From: Ferroacidibacillus organovorans
GTDB lineage: Bacteria; Bacillota; Bacilli; Alicyclobacillales; SLC66
DNA: 41,736 nucleotides
Assembly: GCF_001642725.1 (NCBI RefSeq)
Contig: NZ_LSUQ01000022.1
Coordinates: forward strand, 1 to 41,736
Reading direction: 5' to 3'
Shown: in pieces, positions 19,266 through 28,434 of the stretch
Layout of the letters: every line of letters begins with the position of its first letter
Numbering within the stretch: position 1 is the first letter of the stretch
Program-made: the position numbers and the translations under genes
Notes under the pieces: generated by a model
Told to the model about the DNA's origin: nothing
Seen by the model: only the letters and a program-made list of their open reading frames with translations
Database searches by the model: none

Positions 19266-20763
19266 AAACGCGGGTGAAGACGATGCTTCAAAAACGGATG
19301 TGAAGCGCAGAGCGCGTGACTTGGTCGAGCGATTGCAGGGCGGCGCGATGGGATCGATCGCTTATGACACTTCGTGGGTGGCGCGCTTAAAAAATCGGGA
19401 TGGTTCTCCGAAATTCCCGACTACGATCGCCTGGCTGCGCGCGCATCAACACGCGGACGGAAGTTTTGGCGCGCGCGATGAAACGTTGCATGACCGGCTG
19501 ATTTCTACGCTCGCGAGCGTTAATGCACTGACGACGTTGCACGATGAAACGGATAGCGAGCGCATCTCTCGCGCACTTGACTATGTGGCGCGAAACGGTG
19601 GTCGTCTGCGCGCGGATGACGCTGAAACGATTGGTTTTGAGTTGCTTTTTCCTTCGCTACTCGAAGAGGCAAAAGGCTATGGATATCGACTGCCTTTTGA
19701 ATCCTTCGGATGGGTTGAAGAACTGGGGAAAAGAAAGTTGAGCGCAGTTCCCGCGTCGTGGATCTACGAAGCGGAGTCTCCACTTATCCACAGCATCGAG
19801 TTTCTCGGAAAAACAGCACAGATTGATCGCATGGCGCAACTCGTTTCGGTCAACGGATCGATCGGAAACTCTCCATCCGCCTCGGCATTTGTCTATGGGC
19901 AAACGGACGACCCCCGACTGGAGGCGTATTTGCGTCAGATTGTAGAGACGTCTGAGGATGGCGGTGTCTGCAATGTTCAACCGTTTGAAATTTTCGAAAC
20001 GGCGTGGGTGTACTTCAATCTACAGTTGGCTGGAATCACGGTTGAGGGAATGCAAAAAGGATTGCATGAGATTGAGCTGTCATTCAGGCCGCAGGGTGTC
20101 GGGATTTCCCGCAATGGCCTAATGCCAGACGCGGATGACAGTGCACTCGCCGTCAATGTGCTAGCTCGCGCTGGACGCCGAATGTCACTCCAGTTTTTGG
20201 ATTTTTATCAAGCGGAACGCGGATTTTTATGTTTTCCGTATGAGCGCAACCCTTCGATTTCAACCAATATCCACATCCTTGACGCGCTGCGTGCGTATGA
20301 GCCGCAAGAAGTGGCGCCTCATGTGGATAAGATTCTCACGTTTTTGCGCGAGGCTCAACAGGAAAATGCGTATTGGAAAGATAAATGGCATGCCTCTCCA
20401 TTCTATACAACAGCGCATGCGATTCTGGCGCTGCGAGGATTGACTGAGTCACTGATAAAAACGGCGGTCGATTATTTAATTGAATCGCAACGGCCTGATG
20501 GTTCGTGGGGGATTTTTAGGGGTACGGCGGAAGAAACGGCGTATTGTGTACAGGCGTTGACGCTTGCGCTTCCTTATTCTGCGGATGTGGACAAGCGGCT
20601 TGCACGTGCACTTTCTTTTTTAAGTAGCGAGGGGGCAAAAAAACCTCACTCTGAACTCTGGATTGGGAAGGGGCTCTATGCGCCAACCTATGTGATTGAC
20701 GCTACGATTCTAAGCGCGCGCGCGCTCTACCAGAGATGGAGGTACTCTCATGAAAAAGGATGA
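19258..20763 (+). CDS. Class II diterpene cyclase (copalyl/halimadienyl diphosphate synthase-like)
   Basis: YDTSWVA, QHADGSFG and QRPDGSWG (QW repeats), catalytic DADD, DKWHASPFY, EETAY, LWIGKGLY; GGGGGAG RBS before ATG 19258. Confidence 0.92.
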   Translation: MFENAGEDDASKTDVKRRARDLVERLQGGAMGSIAYDTSWVARLKNRDGSPKFPTTIAWLRAHQHADGSFGARDETLHDRLISTLASVNALTTLHDETDSERISRALDYVARNGGRLRADDAETIGFELLFPSLLEEAKGYGYRLPFESFGWVEELGKRKLSAVPASWIYEAESPLIHSIEFLGKTAQIDRMAQLVSVNGSIGNSPSASAFVYGQTDDPRLEAYLRQIVETSEDGGVCNVQPFEIFETAWVYFNLQLAGITVEGMQKGLHEIELSFRPQGVGISRNGLMPDADDSALAVNVLARAGRRMSLQFLDFYQAERGFLCFPYERNPSISTNIHILDALRAYEPQEVAPHVDKILTFLREAQQENAYWKDKWHASPFYTTAHAILALRGLTESLIKTAVDYLIESQRPDGSWGIFRGTAEETAYCVQALTLALPYSADVDKRLARALSFLSSEGAKKPHSELWIGKGLYAPTYVIDATILSARALYQRWRYSHEKG

Positions 20764-23068
20764 AGAGTTTCAACTCCTGACGAAATCGACACAGTGGGGC
20801 GAGCTTAGCGAGATTGAAAAAGTCGTCATCATGGAAAAACGCATAGTATTTGTGCGCTGGCTCGGCATCGTTTGTGCGGCGGTGACTGTTCCCTTTTTGG
20901 GGTATCAGTGGGCTGCTTTTATGTTTGGAATCATCGGATTTGCTGCGGTCTATAATGTGATTTTTCAATTTTATATCATTGCGAAAAAGAGCGCGTGGCT
21001 TTTGAAACCAGCCATTATCACCATCGGGGATATCATGATGGCGTCTGCCGTCGTGTTTATCACGGGGGGGATTCACTCTGACTTTTTTGTGGTCTATTTC
21101 TTGATTGCAATTCTCTCTGCGATTCGTTTCGGGGGACGCGCGGCTGGTATTTCCACCTTGTTGTCGATCCTGTTTTACTCGCTGGTGATTTTCTTGCGCG
21201 GTCCGGTGCGACCGGTCTACGATTTAGCGAACATTTTATTCAGAATGGGATTTGTCGCGACCACAGGTATTTTTGTGGGGTATGTGGGGGACAAAGCGCG
21301 GCAGGTTGAACTCGATTTGCAACGGGAGTTGGATCAGGCGCATGCCCATTTGAATGAGAGCACGGCACTTCTCAATGCAAACCTTGAACTCGATTCGGTA
21401 TTACAAGTGGCCGTCGCGCAATCGCGGTTACTGATTGACGCGGAATTCGGATTGATCCTCACCAAAGAGAGCGGCCTGTCCTTTTTGCCGCGCGACCTTA
21501 AAGATAATTATGACCGTCCCTATTATTCCGATGTGCGTTCAGAAGCCGTGATGCGTGAGGAGGATGTCGCGTACATTATCGAGTTGTTTCAAGATGTCAC
21601 GCGCTTATCGTCGATTTTTCAAAAGCGGATCTCCGGCGAGTCTTCAGTGGAACTCGTGGAGTGCCACATGAATCCTCAATTGGCGCGTATCCTCACGTTA
21701 AAAGAAAACACCATGTATTATCTCGTATCCGCGCAATTGTTTACTGGAGAGACAGAGATTGGGACGCTTTATTTGCTGAAAACGCACAAGCCTGCCCAAG
21801 AGTTGAGGAAAACCGTTCTAAACGCATTGTCCGTCTTTACGCTCAGAATCTCAGCGGCGATCACGAATTCACTGATGTACACCCAATCGAGAATGCAGGC
21901 TGTTACGGATTCAGTGACTGGTCTCTACAATCATCGTTTTTTGCATGAGTTTCTGAATGATGAGATCAAAAAGGTGGTAGAGCAGCATACCCCCTTGTCG
22001 CTGATTGTATTGGATGTGGATTCATTTAAACAGTTTAATGATATGTACGGCCACTCGATCGGCGACACAGCACTGCGCTCTGTCGCGGATATGATCCGGC
22101 CAGCTATTAAAGATCGGGGGATTGCGGCGCGCTTCGGGGGGGATGAGTTTGTCATTATTCTGCCAGGGATGTCCCATCAAGAAGCGATGACTGTTGCGGA
22201 GTCGATTCGTGCGCGCGCGAAAAATTATAGGCACTTAACAAAAAATCACGCACTCGCGACACTTTCGATCAGTTTGGGCGTAGCTACCGCGCCGCAATCG
22301 GGCGAGACATCACACGCTCTTTTCCACGCCGCCGACCTTGCGCTGTACGATGCAAAGCATGCGGGTAAAAATGTTGTGCGATCGGCAGAATCCACGCGTG
22401 AAGGAGGCGCGTTTCGCGATGAACATCTCACAGCGCTTGGCGAATATCGCTCACTGACAGATTCTGTGGAGGTTATGCAGCGGGATCTTGACGCTGTGAA
22501 TCCGCAGATGGTGGAAACGCTCCTCGCGGCGCTCAAGGCGAAAGACCCAGGCACGTACGAACACTCGAAGAGTGTTTCAGCGTATGCTGAGCGACTCGCG
22601 CGGCGCCTTGGCCTGAGTGATCAAGAAGTGGAGACGATTCGGATAGGATCACTCATTCACGATGTTGGCAAGATTGGAATACCAGATTATGTATTGACAA
22701 AAGCCGCGAAACTCACTAAAGAAGAATACGATATGATTAAAGAACATCCGACGATTGGCGTAGAAATTTTAAAACCACTTCGTCTCTATGAAGGATATCT
22801 TCCCATCGTACGCTATCATCATGAATGGATGAATGGAAAAGGGTACCCTCACCAGCTCAAAGGGAGGGAAATTCCGCTTGAGGCGCGCATTGTTGCGATT
22901 TGTGACGCGTTTGATGCGATGACGTCCAACCGACCCTATAAGGCTGCGATGTCTTATGATAAGGCGCTGCATACGATTGAGGGTTTGGTCAATGAACAGT
23001 TCGATCAGGATGTGTGGGAACAGTTCCGCGAAATGATTCAAGAAGAAATCTCTGTGATTGCAAACTGA
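20750..23068 (+). CDS. Membrane sensor with GGDEF and HD-GYP domains
   Basis: N-terminal TM helices, D.VTGLYNHR, RFGGDEF, HDVGKIG, HHE..NGKGYP. Confidence 0.92.
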   Translation: MKKDEEFQLLTKSTQWGELSEIEKVVIMEKRIVFVRWLGIVCAAVTVPFLGYQWAAFMFGIIGFAAVYNVIFQFYIIAKKSAWLLKPAIITIGDIMMASAVVFITGGIHSDFFVVYFLIAILSAIRFGGRAAGISTLLSILFYSLVIFLRGPVRPVYDLANILFRMGFVATTGIFVGYVGDKARQVELDLQRELDQAHAHLNESTALLNANLELDSVLQVAVAQSRLLIDAEFGLILTKESGLSFLPRDLKDNYDRPYYSDVRSEAVMREEDVAYIIELFQDVTRLSSIFQKRISGESSVELVECHMNPQLARILTLKENTMYYLVSAQLFTGETEIGTLYLLKTHKPAQELRKTVLNALSVFTLRISAAITNSLMYTQSRMQAVTDSVTGLYNHRFLHEFLNDEIKKVVEQHTPLSLIVLDVDSFKQFNDMYGHSIGDTALRSVADMIRPAIKDRGIAARFGGDEFVIILPGMSHQEAMTVAESIRARAKNYRHLTKNHALATLSISLGVATAPQSGETSHALFHAADLALYDAKHAGKNVVRSAESTREGGAFRDEHLTALGEYRSLTDSVEVMQRDLDAVNPQMVETLLAALKAKDPGTYEHSKSVSAYAERLARRLGLSDQEVETIRIGSLIHDVGKIGIPDYVLTKAAKLTKEEYDMIKEHPTIGVEILKPLRLYEGYLPIVRYHHEWMNGKGYPHQLKGREIPLEARIVAICDAFDAMTSNRPYKAAMSYDKALHTIEGLVNEQFDQDVWEQFREMIQEEISVIAN

Positions 23069-23071
23069 AGG

Positions 23072-24184
23072 ATGCGAGGATGGCATAATTTGAAACGTAA
23101 AATGGCCAGAGTACAAATGAGCGAAGATGCAATCATGAAAGAGTTGGACTCCTACATGAAATCTGTGATTGAAAGGGGTTTGGACGGGAAAATTCGCAAT
23201 GTGATTGAGTACCATCTCGGGTGGCGTGACATTGATTTTTCTGAACTGGAGTTTGGGAATATCGGCAAGCGCGGCAGACCAATGATGTGTATTTTGACGA
23301 GTATGCTCTTTGCGTATGATTATAAACGTTCTTTTTCAGTGGCTGCGGCAATCGAGTTTATCCATAGTTTTTCGCTGATTTACGATGACATCCAAGATCG
23401 GGACACCATTCGCCGGGGACGTCCCTCCGTTTGGAGTTTATGGGGGGAGGATGAGGCGATTAATGTGGGGTGTGTGCTGCAAACGATGGTTTATGAGGTG
23501 ATTGCAGATCCTGAGAATGAGAATAAACCTGCGCAACTCTCGTGGTTGATTCAATCTGTCAATCGCACGATGTGGAGAGTATGCAATGGACAACAACTCG
23601 ATTTAGAGCTCACCAAAAGTAGGCATCATGTAACGCAGACTCAGTATTTAGAAGTCATCACCGGAAAAACGGCGGCCTTATTTGAGGCGGCAGCTTATCT
23701 CGGCGCGTTTTGTTCAAACGCTAATGAGCGGGAATTGGCACTTTGTCGCTTGTTTGGAGAGAATGTTGGCCTTGCTTTTCAAATTTTTGATGATGTCGTT
23801 GGAATTTGGGGTAGTCGAGAACAAGGACTGGACAAGCCCAACCTCGATCTAGAGCATCGAAAAAAAACGTATCCGATCATCCATGCGCACGAGAATTGTC
23901 AAACGGACGCCGATCGGCTGATCCTCCATCGCTACTATGAGAAGGAAGAACTCAGTGAGCGCGATTTGATCAACATCACGGAACTGCTGAACCGCTGTGA
24001 TTCGCGATCGAAGAGCCTTGAAATCGGATATCAGTATCTCAAAATTGCAATGCAAGCACTTGATGACATAGCAGGGAATGAAGCGATCAAGACGCGTATT
24101 CGCATTTGGGTTAATTACGTTATCGACAAACAGCTTTCTACATTACAAGGTTACATTAAACTTGATGACGAGCTTGTAAAATAA
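23072..24184 (+). CDS. Polyprenyl synthase, likely GGPP synthase
   Basis: GKRGRP, FSLIYDDIQD..RRGRP (aromatic residue at -5 of FARM), GQQLD, KTAALF, FQIFDD; exact start uncertain. Confidence 0.9.
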   Translation: MRGWHNLKRKMARVQMSEDAIMKELDSYMKSVIERGLDGKIRNVIEYHLGWRDIDFSELEFGNIGKRGRPMMCILTSMLFAYDYKRSFSVAAAIEFIHSFSLIYDDIQDRDTIRRGRPSVWSLWGEDEAINVGCVLQTMVYEVIADPENENKPAQLSWLIQSVNRTMWRVCNGQQLDLELTKSRHHVTQTQYLEVITGKTAALFEAAAYLGAFCSNANERELALCRLFGENVGLAFQIFDDVVGIWGSREQGLDKPNLDLEHRKKTYPIIHAHENCQTDADRLILHRYYEKEELSERDLINITELLNRCDSRSKSLEIGYQYLKIAMQALDDIAGNEAIKTRIRIWVNYVIDKQLSTLQGYIKLDDELVK

Positions 24185-24231
24185 AGATGTCGGCATGGAT
24201 CGATTTGTATCGCATAGATTTTTTATAAGTG

Positions 24232-24305
24232 TTGTCATTTTTAAATTGACCGTGCTAGAATAAGCATAACGATTTAGCATAACGATATACTAAATCGTTA
24301 TGCTT
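24232..24305 (+). promoter_or_regulatory. sigmaA promoter and LacI-type operator array
   Basis: TTGTCA-18-TGnTAGAAT; perfect 16-bp inverted repeat at 24262-24277/24290-24305 with a third GCATAACGAT copy between. Confidence 0.75.
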
Positions 24306-24337
24306 GATTTGAACAAAATGATGAATGGAGGGTCGTC

Positions 24338-25627
24338 ATGAAACAAAGAATTGGAAATGTTCGGTGGGGTATTGCTTTTCTCATCGGTGTTGGAATTGTC
24401 ATTAACTATTTTGACCGAACCAATTTGTCCGTGGCTACAAAACCGCTGATGCAAGAGTATCATTTGTCCAGTGCCCAGTTTGGATGGGTACTCTCATCAT
24501 TCGCGTGGTCGTATGCTATCCTTCAAATTCCCGTAGGCGCTTTACTCGATAAGATTGGTGTCAAATGGTTGGTACGGGTAGGGACAATCATCTGGTCGCT
24601 CGCCACATTTATGACCGCGGCAGTCGGTGGAATGGGTCTAATCATTTTATCCCGCGTCTTATTGGGTGTGGCAGAGGCGCCTGCATTTCCAGGAGCGGCG
24701 AAAGCGACGGGATACTGGTTCCCACTTCGTGAGAGAGGTCTCGCGACTTCGGCGTTTGATGCGGCAGCCAAACTTTCAAATGTGATTGGGGTGCCGCTGG
24801 TGGCACTGTCTGTCACACAATGGGGATGGCGCGGCGGCTTTTACATGACAGCTATTTTGAGTCTTATGTATGCGGTTGCATACTGGATTTGGTACCGTGA
24901 CCCGTCGGAGTCCAAAACGCTAACCGATGCAGAACGTGCTTATATTGTAGAAGGCGGGGCTCAAGAGAGCGGAGAAGCACCGGGGGGCGTTGGAAAAAAT
25001 TTAGGATATCTTCTAGGACGTCGTAAGGTGTGGGGATTGACTCTCGGGTTTGCGGCATATGGATATACATTTTATTTGTTGCTTACATGGTTGCCCGGGT
25101 ACCTTGAAACGGAGATGCATATGACCGTTCTAAAATCAGGCATGTACACGATTGTCCCTTGGATCTTTGCGACCATTGCTGATATTGTTATTGGTGGGTG
25201 GTTGGTTGACTTTTTGATAAAGCGCGGAAAAAATCCCACTCGCGTGCGAAAAACGTTGCTTATTGTCGGAATGGTTTTGGGACTCGCGGTCGCTGGGGCA
25301 GGTTTTACGAAAAATCCGCAGATCGCAATCGTCTTCATCACCATTGCACTGAGTGGTCTCGCGTTTTCAGCGCCGATTGGCTGGAGCATTCCTGCGCTCA
25401 TCGCGCCAAAAGGAACGGTTGGTTTAGTGGGAAGCATCATGAACTTTTTTAACAACTTGATGGGGATTTTGGCGCCGATTATCACAGGGTATATTGCAGG
25501 CGGTACAGGCTCATTTGGACTGGGATTTTTAATCGCGGGGATCGTACTGCTGATTGGAATCCTCTGTTACCTCTTTTTACTCGGTGATTTGGAGCCGATC
25601 CAGTCACCTTACAAAGCAAACGTCTAA
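24338..25627 (+). CDS. MFS transporter, anion:cation symporter (sugar-acid) type
   Basis: INYFDRTNLSVA and WFP.RERG motifs; about 12 TM segments. Confidence 0.9.
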   Translation: MKQRIGNVRWGIAFLIGVGIVINYFDRTNLSVATKPLMQEYHLSSAQFGWVLSSFAWSYAILQIPVGALLDKIGVKWLVRVGTIIWSLATFMTAAVGGMGLIILSRVLLGVAEAPAFPGAAKATGYWFPLRERGLATSAFDAAAKLSNVIGVPLVALSVTQWGWRGGFYMTAILSLMYAVAYWIWYRDPSESKTLTDAERAYIVEGGAQESGEAPGGVGKNLGYLLGRRKVWGLTLGFAAYGYTFYLLLTWLPGYLETEMHMTVLKSGMYTIVPWIFATIADIVIGGWLVDFLIKRGKNPTRVRKTLLIVGMVLGLAVAGAGFTKNPQIAIVFITIALSGLAFSAPIGWSIPALIAPKGTVGLVGSIMNFFNNLMGILAPIITGYIAGGTGSFGLGFLIAGIVLLIGILCYLFLLGDLEPIQSPYKANV

Positions 25628-25654
25628 GAAAATGCTGAATGAAAAAATGGGAAT

Positions 25655-25686
25655 ACAAATACGCCGGGGTGTCCCGGCGTATTTGT
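25655..25686. terminator. Intergenic stem-loop
   Basis: Perfect 14-bp stem ACAAATACGCCGGG/CCCGGCGTATTTGT. Confidence 0.6.
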
Positions 25687-25714
25687 GCGAAATAACCTGA
25701 GGTGTAAACGCGAT

Positions 25715-27196
25715 ATGGATGATAAATTTTGTGTTATCGGGTTGGATTTAGGGACAACTTCGGTCAAGACACTCACGGTGGACCAAACGGGTGTGACGCG
25801 GTTTCGAGCAGCGCGGAAAATCTCGACGAACATTGGTCCGAATGGACGCGCAGTGCAAGATCCGTTTGAGATCCGTGACGCGCTGAATTCGGTGTTCGAA
25901 TTGGCGCTTCACGCTGCGAGAAAGGATGGTCTTTTGGTGCATCGGGTTGGATTCAGCGCTGCGATGCACAGTCTGATGATTGTATCTGAAGAGGGGGAAC
26001 CGCTGACACAGGCGATGACCTGGATGGATTCGCGCGCCAAAAAACAGGCGGAATTGCTGTGGGAGTCGCTGAATGGGAAAAAAATTTATGAAGAGACGGG
26101 TACGCCCATTCACGCGATGTCTCCATTTGTAAAGTTAGTATGGCTACGAGAAACGCAACCGCAATTATTGAAAATGGGCAATCGAATCGCTTCTGTAAAA
26201 GAGTGGATCTGGCATGCGTGGTTCGACGAGTGGATGATCGATGAATCGATGGCGGGGGCGACCGGACTCTACGATGTGGAGAAACGCAGTTGGCACGAGC
26301 ATGCGCTCACTCGCATTGGTGTCAACCCGGCACAACTCTCTCGCATCGTTCCTACGTCGTATCGACAGGCTGGTTGTCGTGAGACGAGGCTGCAGTTGGC
26401 AGGGTTGACTGCGGACACTCTGTTTTCGATTGGCAGCACAGATGGAGTTCTTGCGAATTTGGCGCTTGGTGTGACCGATTCGTCAAAAATGGTATTCACG
26501 GTCGGGACAAGTATGGCTGTGCGTTCAGGGGCAAAGAGAAAAGTCACCAATCCTAGCCTTCGTCCATTCTGCTATCGATTAGATGATCAACGTTTTGTCA
26601 TCGGGGCTCCGAGCAATAGCGGAGGTGTGATCCTAGAATGGCTGATGAACATGTTATACGGCGATGATCGCGCGGAAAATGTAGATGAAACGCTGGCCGT
26701 CCTCATTCGTGACGCGGGAAACGTAGAGCTTCAAAGCCTCTACTGCTTGCCTTATGCGGCGGGAGAGCGGGCGCCGCTCTGGGATGAGGAGGCAAAGGCG
26801 TCGTTTATTGGGCTTCATCTTAAACATCAAAAGATTCACTTGGTGAGAGCGGCAATTGAGGGGATGATTTATAACGCCAAGTGGTTGATTGACAACTTGT
26901 CTGCGAGCACGGGGAACCCAGAGCAGGTGTATCTCTCGGGGAAACTGTTTGATGAACTGTGGATATGTCAATTGTGCGCGAATGTATTCGGAGTTCCTGT
27001 TGTGCGGCAAACGCTTGAGGATGCATCAACGATTGGCGCCATTCTTCTTGCAGCCGATACGGCTGAATTCGCACAGTCACTAAAGCGGTGTGAACGGTCT
27101 GAGAAGATGGACCCCGAAGAAGAAATGGAAGAAGTGCAGCGTCTCCGATTTAAAGAGTATCAGAGACTGTGCCGTCTCCTCTATCCAAGCGCGTAG
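25715..27196 (+). CDS. gntK: Gluconokinase (FGGY family)
   Basis: GLDLGTTSVK, FSAAMHS, TGTPIHAMSP, GERAPLW. Confidence 0.85.
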   Translation: MDDKFCVIGLDLGTTSVKTLTVDQTGVTRFRAARKISTNIGPNGRAVQDPFEIRDALNSVFELALHAARKDGLLVHRVGFSAAMHSLMIVSEEGEPLTQAMTWMDSRAKKQAELLWESLNGKKIYEETGTPIHAMSPFVKLVWLRETQPQLLKMGNRIASVKEWIWHAWFDEWMIDESMAGATGLYDVEKRSWHEHALTRIGVNPAQLSRIVPTSYRQAGCRETRLQLAGLTADTLFSIGSTDGVLANLALGVTDSSKMVFTVGTSMAVRSGAKRKVTNPSLRPFCYRLDDQRFVIGAPSNSGGVILEWLMNMLYGDDRAENVDETLAVLIRDAGNVELQSLYCLPYAAGERAPLWDEEAKASFIGLHLKHQKIHLVRAAIEGMIYNAKWLIDNLSASTGNPEQVYLSGKLFDELWICQLCANVFGVPVVRQTLEDASTIGAILLAADTAEFAQSLKRCERSEKMDPEEEMEEVQRLRFKEYQRLCRLLYPSA

Positions 27197-28199
27197 ATTC
27201 GCTTTTGATCAACTCGGACGGAAGGATCTTGAGATGCGCCTCATCGGGTTGTTCATAGCCATCCTTGAATTGCTGAAGGAGGAGGTTTGCGACCCACGCT
27301 CCCATCTCAGGCACCGGCTGTCGAACGCACGTGAGCGAAGGGGAGATCAGTTTGATCCAATCGGGCTCATCGAATGTGGCCAATCCCAGTTTCTCTGGAG
27401 ACGGCCAATCGATTTGCTGTACGTGAGGATAGATTTCATGGAAAATCAACGCATTGGCTGTATAGAGTGCGATCGGTCTTTTCGAAATGTTTTCCTTTAT
27501 ACGCTCAACGACCGATTGCATGGAGACGTCATCCCCGCGTTTCACGATCTCCACGTGAGGAGTGCGATGATAGCGAGATGAACTGTCGAGATAACCCTGC
27601 AGGCGCTCGCTGCGCGTCGAAATGGCATTTGGGGTTTCTGTCACATAAAATACGTTCTGATATCCTTCTGCGTATAAATGGTTCGTCATTTTCATGGATG
27701 CCTCATAATTGTCCGTCAGTACATTTGTGGCGTGCGGGAGCTTGAATTTGCGATCAACGAGAATGACAGGCACTGATTTTGAGATCGTCTCCAGTTCTGT
27801 GAGATTGTCCCCGTTGGTTTGAATCACAATCGCATCGATTTGTTGACCGAGCAGCGTTTTTAGTACATGTGCTTCACGTTTTGGATCTCCCTCTGTTTCA
27901 CAGACGATGACGTTATACCCCTCAGGGGTAAGCGCATTGGAGAGGGAGCGAATGAGGGACACACAAAAAGGATAGCTCAACTTTACGACGATCACTGCAA
28001 TCATTCGACTGCGATTTCCCTTTAATCCTTGTGCGAGTGCATTCGGGTGATAATCCAGTTCTTCAATCACTTGCTCAATTCGCTTTTTTGTCTCTTGGCT
28101 CATCGCCTCATAGCGCGCGTTTAGAAAACGGGAAATGGTCGTGACAGATACGTTTGCTTCGCGGGCAACGTCCTGAATCGTGATTCGTTTCGCTGTCAT
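27150..28199 (-). CDS. LacI-family regulator
   Basis: TIQDVAREANVSVTTISRFLN...LDYHPN; convergent overlap with gntK. Confidence 0.93.
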   Translation of the reverse strand: MTAKRITIQDVAREANVSVTTISRFLNARYEAMSQETKKRIEQVIEELDYHPNALAQGLKGNRSRMIAVIVVKLSYPFCVSLIRSLSNALTPEGYNVIVCETEGDPKREAHVLKTLLGQQIDAIVIQTNGDNLTELETISKSVPVILVDRKFKLPHATNVLTDNYEASMKMTNHLYAEGYQNVFYVTETPNAISTRSERLQGYLDSSSRYHRTPHVEIVKRGDDVSMQSVVERIKENISKRPIALYTANALIFHEIYPHVQQIDWPSPEKLGLATFDEPDWIKLISPSLTCVRQPVPEMGAWVANLLLQQFKDGYEQPDEAHLKILPSELIKSESTRLDRGDGTVSDTL

Positions 28200-28227
28200 T
28201 TTGTACGCTCCCCAAAATCCATTCGAT

Positions 28228-28255
28228 GTATGTTCATCAAAGTATGTTCATCAAA
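28228..28255 (+). repeat. Tandem 14-bp duplication GTATGTTCATCAAA x2
   Basis: Exact tandem copy upstream of the LacI gene. Confidence 0.8.
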
Positions 28256-28264
28256 TATGACGAA

Positions 28265-28340
28265 GATAGACGGTAACATGGCGCTCCCGCGCCACCGTCT
28301 ACGGGAAAAATAAATCGCTGCGCCGTTATTTCGAGATAGA
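28265..28340 (+). repeat. ~76-bp two-hairpin repeat, copy 2
   Basis: Near-identical to 7376-7450. Confidence 0.85.
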
Positions 28341-28434
28341 CGTGCCTATTCTCGTGTTGCGCTATCTGATTTTACCACGAAGTGAATTTGAATCAGAAGA
28401 AAATCGGATCGATCGCAAAAAAGCATCTTTACGA

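Noticed and set aside
7376..28340. CRISPR array or tRNA reading of the 75-bp repeat
   Set aside because: Only two distant copies, no spacers or cas genes, no cloverleaf or T-loop.
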